Below are positions 1 through 7,900 of a stretch of DNA of 16,554 nt, one piece after another (positions within the stretch are counted from its first letter, which is position 1; each line of letters opens with the position of its first letter). The translations under genes and the position numbers were made by a program. The DNA lies in the NCBI GenBank assembly GCA_049472335.1, contig JBLIRO010000097.1:1-16554 (forward strand). Direction: 5' to 3'. The stretch comes from a bacterium. GTDB lineage: Bacteria; SZUA-182; DTGQ01; JAFGSM01. A model generated the notes under the pieces. It had not been told where the DNA came from, did no database searches, and worked only from the letters and a program-made list of their open reading frames with translations.

Positions 1-1333
1 CTTCATGAATGGCGCCCTGAAAAGCACCCTCATTTTGTGTGAGAGCGCCCATTATTGAGTTTGTTCCATTACGGGTATGAGGTCCCGAATATGAATGTAC
101 GTCAATGGGCTTCCTGTTTGTGAGGCTTTCCGTACCTTTGTGATGATCCGGAGGGGCTATCTGTAATACGGACTCATCTTTATCCCTTTCACGGACAGTC
201 TTTTCCATAGGCCTTAAATAATAGATGGTGGGGTCTCCATATAACATATAATAGGCCCATATAAGATTGCTGTTGCCGTATTGGTTGATTAGCTCATGTC
301 TCGCCTTACGAAGAGACTCACCGATAGAGTATGATTGAATCATGAAGTTGTAAAAATTTGATGCCAGATAATGGCTTGACAGGTCCCTTATAACCTGAAA
401 GGTGCCGATATAATGTTTGACCCCACAACGCAGAAAGGCATTTACCATATCAAAGGCATAAGGATTGACCCCGCCATTTTTCTCTTCTATACCGGACCAC
501 TCAGAGGTCTGACCGCTTCGGCAGGCATTGGAAAAGATCAGGCCAGGAAAAGAATTTTTGCCCCCGGATAGTTGTATGATGTCCTGGGCTGTAAAAATCC
601 CATCTTCAAGAAGCCAGCCACTCAGGTTTGGCTTATCATGATTATAGGTGGCATGGCCAGCATAATGGATGATATCATAATGAAAGATTTCACGCGAGAT
701 CTTTTTGATATCTATATAAGAAGTTCCAAGATAAACCTCCACAGAATCTCTCCATGTTTCCAGCTTCCGGCTAAGGAGGAGCCCTTCCTGGTAGGATTTG
801 GGCAGGTCATTTCTGGGGTCTGCAATAATCAATATCTTGAGTTTCCGGCAGGCATCCCTGGTTTTGGGCTGTATCCCGGGGTGTTGAGTGTATACCTTTC
901 TGCCAATATTAAATTTAAGGCAAAAAAACTCCTCACCGTCATACAGTAGCTCCCAGGGGATGCCTACCAGGGAATCATCTATAGTAAGGTGCATATTTTT
1001 AGACCCGGTTGCGGCAAGCCTTTCTTTAATCTCAAGGGGTAAAACAGCATCATACAATTGCCGTCCAACCTGTTGTAAGCTCTCCATAATACCCTTGATA
1101 CTTTTTCCTGAAAAACGGGTGGAACGGTAAAGAATGGAGTAGATCTCTTGAGAGAGGGATTGAAGGGTTGTCAGACAAACCTTTGTTCGAATATACCGCT
1201 GAAGTGTGATCTCTTCCCCCTGCCTTCTTTCCTCTAAATCCACTTTAAGCTCCTGGACTTGTGGCTCAAAGGAAATCCTCAGATATATTGTAGTATCGGG
1301 CTGGTCTTGTATATTAAGACCCGATATGTTCAT
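1..1333 (-). CDS. CHAT-domain (caspase-like, clan CD) cysteine protease; C-terminal part lies beyond the left window edge
   Basis: Not in the ORF track because it has no stop inside the window. Translated by hand from ATG at 1333 (ATGA overlap with the stop of 1330..2052): MNISGLNIQDQPDTTIYLRISF...LQQVGRQLYDAVLP...IDDSLVGIPWELLYDG...KILIIADPRNDLP...DIIHYAGHA...LIFSNACRSG...NAFLRCGVKHYIGTFQVI...FYNFM...SIGESLRKAR...WAYYMLYGDP, then about 75 linker residues, open to base 2 (444 codons). Hallmark CHAT motifs are present: PWELL, HxAGH (His227, nt 653-655), xNAC (Cys271, nt 521-523), LYGDP. Confidence 0.93.
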   Translation of the reverse strand, partial: MNISGLNIQDQPDTTIYLRISFEPQVQELKVDLEERRQGEEITLQRYIRTKVCLTTLQSLSQEIYSILYRSTRFSGKSIKGIMESLQQVGRQLYDAVLPLEIKERLAATGSKNMHLTIDDSLVGIPWELLYDGEEFFCLKFNIGRKVYTQHPGIQPKTRDACRKLKILIIADPRNDLPKSYQEGLLLSRKLETWRDSVEVYLGTSYIDIKKISREIFHYDIIHYAGHATYNHDKPNLSGWLLEDGIFTAQDIIQLSGGKNSFPGLIFSNACRSGQTSEWSGIEEKNGGVNPYAFDMVNAFLRCGVKHYIGTFQVIRDLSSHYLASNFYNFMIQSYSIGESLRKARHELINQYGNSNLIWAYYMLYGDPTIYYLRPMEKTVRERDKDESVLQIAPPDHHKGTESLTNRKPIDVHSYSGPHTRNGTNSIMGALTQNEGAFQGAIHE

Positions 1334-2052
1334 TCCGATTCCTTTTTTATATTCATGGATAGAAGGGCTATCTGCCGGTCCGCCTTTCTTATCCTGATTT
1401 TGTATTCACCGGTCCGGACTGCATGGAATATAATAGTATCTTTATCCTCTTGAACAGGGCAAGAAAAGAGTATCCGTTCTCCCTGCAAAAGATCGACCGT
1501 TATTCCTGATAATCCATACTTTTCAGACAGCGGAAGTATCTGACACTGGATCTCGCAATTTCCCTTATCCTCTTCTATCACCTGGACATAAACCTTATAT
1601 TCATTGAAGCTCTTATGAAACCGGGGAAGGGACGGGATTTCTTTCTCGGTATCATCCCGTAAAAGGACTGGTTTTAATGCATCCCAGCAAGGGAGATAAT
1701 CGGCATCTGTTTCGATTAATTTAAGATGCCCCTGGACCCATGCCAGGGAAATCTTCAGGGATTCTGCAAAAGCGCTGATCTTTTCCTTAATTTTATCTGT
1801 TATCTCTTTTTCTCCGGGCTTCTCTAATTCGAATACTGTATTGACAAGCTTTCGGCAGAAAAGACAAAGAGACAGGTGATGCTCTACCCTATTCCTTTCG
1901 GTATCCGAGAGACGGGAGCCTAAAAGATCACAAATGGTTTTAGCGGAAATGCACTCAGATCCTTCTTCCTCTTCCTTATATCCTTTCTTCCTTTCATCTT
2001 CTATCAAGCTCAAGACCTGCCGAATGAGATCATCAAAGTTTTCATTCTTCAT
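1330..2052 (-). CDS. Soluble anti-sigma-factor-like protein: N-terminal ZAS/zf-HC2 zinc finger plus C-terminal beta-rich domain
   Basis: 240 aa with ECIS...LSDTERNRVEHHLSLCLFCR (C...HxxxCxxC ZAS signature), directly downstream of an ECF sigma. No transmembrane-length hydrophobic segment seen. The last ~90 aa alternate like beta strands (YKVYVQVI, CEIQCQI, ITVDLL, GEYKIRI). RBS-like AGGGG upstream. Confidence 0.8.
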   Translation of the reverse strand: MKNENFDDLIRQVLSLIEDERKKGYKEEEEGSECISAKTICDLLGSRLSDTERNRVEHHLSLCLFCRKLVNTVFELEKPGEKEITDKIKEKISAFAESLKISLAWVQGHLKLIETDADYLPCWDALKPVLLRDDTEKEIPSLPRFHKSFNEYKVYVQVIEEDKGNCEIQCQILPLSEKYGLSGITVDLLQGERILFSCPVQEDKDTIIFHAVRTGEYKIRIRKADRQIALLSMNIKKESE

Positions 2053-2223
2053 TTCGGTCCCCTGTCCATTGAATGGTTTTTAGCATGGTTGTCCCCATAT
2101 ATAATCATAGACTCCCTATTTGAATAGATAAACAAAATGGATTTTTCTTTCCTTTTATCACCCTTTTTTCTCAGTTTTATATAGTCAATTACCACCTATC
2201 TCCTCGATGGCTTAGACCATTAG

Positions 2224-2853
2224 TTAAGAATCCCTGTTCAGATACCGTTCTATCTTTTTAACAATCCGGTGTCTTAAAAGATACAGATTTTCCATGGACA
2301 TATTTAATATTTTGGATATCTCCTCATAAGGAGAGTCATCGAACCAATAAAGGTTTGCAAAAAGCCTTTCCCGATCGGATAATTTATTTTCTATAATATC
2401 CATGGCCTTCTTTATTATCTCTTTTTTTTCTAACATGTCAGGTATATCTTCTGTCTCATTATGTGTCCCATATGGCGGATCTATATCCAATCTATCCATA
2501 GATGGCATATCTTCAATGGGGCATTCCTGATATAACTTTTTTCTTGACTTAATAAAATAGGTGGTTGACATACTGCCGCAAACCCTTATCCACGTTGCTA
2601 ATGAGCTCTTTTTTTCCCATTTTCTCAAGGCATAACAATCCTTGTTTAAAAATGAAAACCAGATATATTGTCTACATTCCTCTAGGTCCTCTTCTTTTAA
2701 ATATACACCGAATCTTTGGAGCGTTTTCTTCATCGCATAGGAGATAAGATCCGAAAACCTTTCATAAAAGGCTTCCCAGGCCCATTGCTCACCCTCAAGG
2801 CATTCATTTAAGAGATCTTGATCAGATATACTTTGATTGTTATTTAAATGCAT
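2224..2853 (-). CDS. ECF (sigma70 group 4) RNA polymerase sigma factor
   Basis: 209 aa. N-terminal SDQDLLNECLEGEQWAWEAFYERF, region-2-like EEDLEECRQ...SSLATWIRV, and region 4 LSDRERLFANLYWFDDSPYEEISKILNMSMENLYLLRHRI (HTH). Confidence 0.9.
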   Translation of the reverse strand: MHLNNNQSISDQDLLNECLEGEQWAWEAFYERFSDLISYAMKKTLQRFGVYLKEEDLEECRQYIWFSFLNKDCYALRKWEKKSSLATWIRVCGSMSTTYFIKSRKKLYQECPIEDMPSMDRLDIDPPYGTHNETEDIPDMLEKKEIIKKAMDIIENKLSDRERLFANLYWFDDSPYEEISKILNMSMENLYLLRHRIVKKIERYLNRDS

Positions 2854-3136
2854 AATATTATCTAATAGCTATCTTAAAGAGATTTTTGGATCATTCCGGC
2901 AATGAAGAATTCTAAAAAAACAATTAAATCAAAAAATTGGTTGCTCTTTAGCTAATACTTCGATTATTGAAGAAAAGTTTGAGAAAGTATATTCAACTAG
3001 AAGTTTAGCATGTTTAATATATCCCATCAAGAATATAAAACTAAATCGGACACTGCTGCAATAAATACTTTATCATCTTTGCTTCAATAAATACAGTAGT
3101 GCTTTGCTACAGTCTTAGTCTTCGTAAGCCAGGGAT

Positions 3137-3177
3137 TTTACAATACTACCAATTAGTAGTATAATAAAATACGTATT
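3137..3177 (+). promoter_or_regulatory. sigma70 promoter of the toxin-antitoxin operon with overlapping palindromic operators
   Basis: TTTACA (3137-3142), 17 nt spacer, TATAAT (3160-3165). A perfect inverted repeat ATACTAC-N6-GTAGTAT (3143-3162) fills the spacer, and palindrome AATACGTATT (3168-3177) lies near the expected start site. This is the typical layout for antitoxin autorepression. Confidence 0.7.
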
Positions 3178-3207
3178 GATATGTATTATTAAAAAGGGGA
3201 AAAAGAA

Positions 3208-3426
3208 ATGAAACTTGTCAAGAAATCAATTACTATACCTGAAGAACTTATACTTCTTTCAAATAAAGTATCAGATAATTTCAGCGCCCTGGTAACAAAA
3301 GCGCTTGAGGAATACCTCAAAAAAGAAAATATCAAAAAAGCTATATCGGCATTCGGTTCGTGGGAAGATAAAAGAAGCAGTAGTGTTGAAATTGTTAATA
3401 ATCTGAGAAAAGACAGAAAGATATGA
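3208..3426 (+). CDS. Type II antitoxin, VapB-like (ribbon-helix-helix)
   Basis: 72 aa. RHH-like KKSITIPEEL...NFSALVTKALEEYL and C-terminal AFGSW...SVEIVNNLR typical of VapB-type antitoxins. AAGGGG RBS. The stop overlaps (ATGA) a PIN-like start. Confidence 0.78.
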   Translation: MKLVKKSITIPEELILLSNKVSDNFSALVTKALEEYLKKENIKKAISAFGSWEDKRSSSVEIVNNLRKDRKI

Positions 3427-3544
3427 GCACTATTTTAATTGATACTGATGTATGATATTAGCAAATGCAATTATTAACGGTCACAAGATCGCAACCCGTA
3501 ATATTAAACATTATCCTCTTAAAGCTTACCTGTTAAAATTTTAG
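3423..3544 (+). pseudogene. vapC: VapC/PIN toxin pseudogene with a large internal deletion and frameshift
   Basis: 3423-3455 reads MSTILIDTDV* (PIN N-terminal ILxDT motif). A shifted frame 3449-3544 reads CMILANAIINGHKIATRNIKHYPLKAYLLKF*, matching the PIN C-terminal D.LIAATA....LVTRN.KHF motif. The central part of a normal ~130-aa VapC is absent. Confidence 0.8.
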
Positions 3545-3559
3545 TAACATTTTAGTTGT

Positions 3560-4909
3560 TCAAAAATGGATAATCAATGAAGTAATAACAAGATGCTGTG
3601 TAATGTCAGCTCTTGATGTAGGAACCAAATTACCTGTGTCCACATTTCGCCCCCATCTTAACTGGTAGGCCATGTCAAAGATGATTGCTTTATAGGCAAT
3701 TCCGGAGCCAATGGAAGCGCCATAAAATTTCCTCACTTCATTATAAGAGGGCTCCGGATCATAAAAGATGCCGGCCCTTAAGGGCACTACGATATGGTTT
3801 TTTTTACTTATGAAGAGATATTCCCCGCCAAAACGAACCTGTGTCGTATCTTTGACCTTTGAAGAACCTTCAGGTCTGCCATCAACAGGACTGAACCTGT
3901 TACCCTGGGAATCAGTTAAGATGAATTCACTCCATTCTGTTCGATAGATATCAAGGTCAAAAGAAAACGAATCTGACACCCGCCATGCCAGGCCACCTCC
4001 GTATGACAAAGGCATGTGAAGTTTGACACCCTCATGAAAGGGGGGCGGGTCCGAAACATTTGTTTCATCGGGTGGACCAATTGTTATTGTTTGTCTGAAA
4101 TCAAATTCGTGATGGACAGAAGCTTCAAAGGGGGTTTTAATAACAATCCCAAGTGTTAAATATTTGTTCATATTCCATAGAATACCGAGATTTGTATTAA
4201 TCCCACAAAATTCTGAATACTTATGAGTAAAGGTAGTATCAAAGGTTTCCGTACTACTACCTTCGCCAATGACCTCATGGATAGTAAATGTTTTTTCCCA
4301 TCCATTCTGCCAGATAAGCTTGTCTGTCCAAATGTTCAAGGATGCTCCGAAAGAAAGCGCCGGTGTGGCTTCAATGGCATAAGCTAAACCTAAAGCGCTG
4401 AGATACCCCTTTTGTTTAAAATGGACGAAAAGTAAATTATTATCTCCCCTTGGAGAGGAGTATTTAAACCGAAAATCAAAATTACGTTCAAAGTCATAGA
4501 GCCTTTGATAGTTGATTGAAATCACCATGTTCCGGAAAAGCTGGAAAGGGTAAGCGGCGCTAAAATAATTGATATTTAAATCATCCACTTTCCCCGTATT
4601 ATTGCTTTCGGGATATGTATCAGAAGTGAAGATATCTTTGCCATATAAATAGGCCCCTACGATTGATATCTCTGATTTTTCCAATTGTATTAAACCACCG
4701 GGATTCCAAGAGGCTGATGTGGCATCGTCAGCAATCCCTATGAATGCTCCGCCCATACCTGTTGCCCTCGCCCCGGAACCGACAGGATTAGGGGAAGAGA
4801 CAAATCTAACATCTTGATACAGGGCAGCCTGAAGGCCGTTATTTAAAAAAAACAAGAGGAAAAAAGGAATTAACGCCAGACAAAATATATTTTTTTCCCA
4901 GTTTATCAC
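3560..4909 (-). CDS. Outer-membrane beta-barrel protein, FadL/OmpP1/TodX (PorV-related) family
   Basis: 449 aa, GTG start, signal peptide. N-terminal SSPNPVGSGARATGMGGAFIGIADDATSASWNPGGL is the FadL-family plug motif. Amphipathic strands, LRAGIFYDP near the end, C-terminal Phe. Confidence 0.88.
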   Translation of the reverse strand: MINWEKNIFCLALIPFFLLFFLNNGLQAALYQDVRFVSSPNPVGSGARATGMGGAFIGIADDATSASWNPGGLIQLEKSEISIVGAYLYGKDIFTSDTYPESNNTGKVDDLNINYFSAAYPFQLFRNMVISINYQRLYDFERNFDFRFKYSSPRGDNNLLFVHFKQKGYLSALGLAYAIEATPALSFGASLNIWTDKLIWQNGWEKTFTIHEVIGEGSSTETFDTTFTHKYSEFCGINTNLGILWNMNKYLTLGIVIKTPFEASVHHEFDFRQTITIGPPDETNVSDPPPFHEGVKLHMPLSYGGGLAWRVSDSFSFDLDIYRTEWSEFILTDSQGNRFSPVDGRPEGSSKVKDTTQVRFGGEYLFISKKNHIVVPLRAGIFYDPEPSYNEVRKFYGASIGSGIAYKAIIFDMAYQLRWGRNVDTGNLVPTSRADITQHLVITSLIIHF

Positions 4910-4975
4910 AACAAAGCCTTTTAAAATTCAAACATATCCCTTAAGGACTCCGCCTTGATTATTGAGTATAAGAGA

Positions 4976-7900
4976 CTAAAAAACATTTGTTACACTGAAA
5001 CGGATTTTGCAACCGCATGGTTTATCAAAAAACCTATAATATGTCTCCCATTTCCCAGTATTATGATCTTTTTTCTTCATAAAAACATCTTCAGCGCTAC
5101 CACAATTTATTATTTCCCCGTCAGAAACTATTGTAGAATTAATTTTCAAATGTATTTGATTTGGTTGTTCATCTTCCTTGCTCTCAAACATAACATTCTT
5201 CAACATGGTATTATTAATAAGCATAGGAATAGAATTGAAACCATAAATCCCGCCCCCGTATTCTTTAGCAGAGTTATCTTGAATTATACAATTTGATATT
5301 ATCGGAGAGGATAAATGGCAATATATTCCGCCACCATTGTTTACAGCAGAGTTATCTTGAATTATACAATTTGATATTATCGGAGAGGATGAATGGCAAT
5401 ATATTCCGCCACCATTATCACTAAGACCGTTCCGCAATGTAATACCTCTTATAATAGAATCGATTCCTTCCCCATTTTTAAAGGTAACCACACTATCAAC
5501 CTGATTCCCGTCAATAATGGTTTTATAAACTCCATTTGGATCGTTCGGATCACTCATCAAAATGATACTTTTTCCTTTGAAGTCAATATTCTCATAATAA
5601 ATTCCAGGCTTAACAGTGATTATATCTCCTATGTCATTGGCATCATTGATTTTTTCCTGAATCGTTTTTCTCTGCATGGATATATTGTGGTCAATGAATA
5701 TTTCAGATTCATCAAAGATTATATTACTGGTTTTATCCTTATAATCCCCATGTGTTGCAAAAATACAATATGTATCAGTATCAGAGGAAGGAAGGCTACC
5801 AAATTCAAAATATCCATTTGGGTCACTGCTAATGGTTACCGACACCACGATTATGTCATATACTGTTTTTAACTTAGCATCGCAAATACCCTCATTACTA
5901 ACATCATCTTTTATATATCCAGCGATTTTGACAAAACCGCTTCGCAGCGCACCACCTGTTCCGACAGCATCAAGGCTTCCGACTTCAATCGCATAAATAT
6001 AATATGGGAGGGTTCCAACAAGCCGCCAATTATTGCCTTGATTCTTGGAAACAAATATCCCATTTGCCATAGTACTGGCATATATAATATTCTTTTTCTC
6101 AGGGTGAAATACAAGATCTGTAATAGAACTACTGGTTGTTCGTCCAAGCTCACCGGTATACCAATATTTGTCATGGTAACGATCTGAGTCATGTGACCTC
6201 ATATGTGAGGATTCTCTATGCATATCTTTACAGGATGATTCCCACTCATCACCACCATCCGTGGTCCTGTAAAAAGTTGTTCTTTGGTCCATAGTCTCAG
6301 TGCATCCGACATATATTATATTAGGGTCCTCCGGATCAATAAGCAATGTATTAACAATCACGCCGGTGAGTCTGTTGGGATCCCATGTGCCAAAATCTCC
6401 GCTATCTCTGCTCTCATATAGATTTCCGAGAACAACATTGGTATCATAGTAACCTCCATCACCGGCAAATATATGTTTGCTATCCGAAGGATCAATCGCC
6501 ACCACATTGAAGTTATAATTACTGGACAAAACCGGGTTTCCAAACCAATCCCCGCCATCAAGGTTTTGATTTGTACTTTTGTAAATTCTCCCATAAATTC
6601 CATTCCCTGCAACAGAGATAAATAATATATTAGGATCAACCGGATCGATTGCAATACAAGAGACATAATTTTTCCCATCGTCCAGCTCAGTACTATAACT
6701 CCAATTTTTACCTCCATCTGTTGTTTTTCCCAGTCTACCTTCTACACCGGCATAAAAAATCTGTGTATTTGTTGGGTGAAATGCAACAACACTTGTCTCT
6801 TCCTGGGTGAGGTGCAACCAGCCTTTATTCTGTTTTTTTTCATAAACACCACAACGTGTACCGGTAAGGATATGGGTTGAATCATTGGGATCGATTACAA
6901 TATCATTTACAATCATGGCATTTATTCCATTATTGATTGGTTCCCATGTTTGACCACGGTCCTGGCTCTTGAATACTCCCAGATTCAATTCACCTCCAAA
7001 GATTATATTCCCATTTGAAGGATGAACCGCAAGGGTTAAAAACCCGGATAAAAATATATTCTTGTTTGGATCAACCAGCTCGATTGTATTAGGGTCCCAA
7101 TCCTTCCCTCCGTTGGTACTCGTTACAAACTTTGGCAGCGAATCCTGGGAGCGGGGGGACCTCCAGGTTGTATAAATGATATCAGGGTTTGTGGGATCAA
7201 AGGCTATGTCGCGAACAATGCAATTTTCTGAAATTTTAATCAGATCGGATATCCAGTTTCTAACTTTATAATGTTTTCGTAGTCCCGAACCGCTTCCTGT
7301 AAAAACCATATTAGAATCATCAGGCTTTACTGCAACTGTAAAAAATCCGGAAGTTGTTGAAGAAGGCTCTAAAGGAAATATCTTCTTCCAGGTCCCTCCA
7401 CCATCGCCGCTCCTATACAGGGAGCCGTTGCACTGATTTTCAGCTTCATCACCGCCGGAATTTGTGACAGCCCAGATTATATTGGGATCCTGTGGATCAA
7501 TATCCATATCCATAACCATGTAATCGAATTCATCAGGATAACCGGATCCTGTCTTATCCATAGTCGAGTCACTAAATCCAATCTTCTCCCAGGTCGATCC
7601 TCCATCACCGGTTTTATAAATCGTTCCTGATAAATAAGAGTGATCGGGGCCTGACGTGCCAACGTATACAATATTAGGATCTATAGGATCAATAGCAAGA
7701 GACCTGCAAATTCGTAAGGCATCATCTTCACCCCCGCAATTATTACAATCTGATTGCATTTGACTATTTGATATATGGGTCCATGTTTTCCCTCCATCCA
7801 TACTCTTTTCCACCCAAAAATCATGTGCCACCCAAACTATATCAGGATTACCGGACGCTATTTTTACTGCATATACAGTATGATTCTTAAAGGTATCTTC

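Noticed and set aside
572..1453. Plus-strand ORFs 572..949, 888..1130, 1206..1397 and 1259..1453
   Set aside because: Antisense shadows of the CHAT and anti-sigma genes; no recognisable motifs.
2049..2110. Tiny minus-strand ORFs upstream of the anti-sigma gene (e.g. MIIYGDNHAKNHSMDRGPK*)
   Set aside because: Under 20 codons, out of frame with the anti-sigma gene, no supporting features; cannot be distinguished from chance.
1..2853. Type III-E CRISPR (Craspase) locus
   Set aside because: No Cas7-11, Csx31 or repeat-spacer array in the window, and the CHAT protein has no N-terminal TPR region like Csx29. Only the logic is analogous. Sequence left of the window is unseen.
4955..5000. ECF-like promoter TGTAAC...GTCT upstream of the barrel gene
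   Set aside because: The 12-nt spacer is too short for a typical ECF promoter and the motif does not recur upstream of the other genes.
5267..5416. Diversity-generating retroelement TR/VR pair or CRISPR repeat
   Set aside because: Copies are adjacent, in frame and within one CDS; no reverse transcriptase in the window and no spacers.
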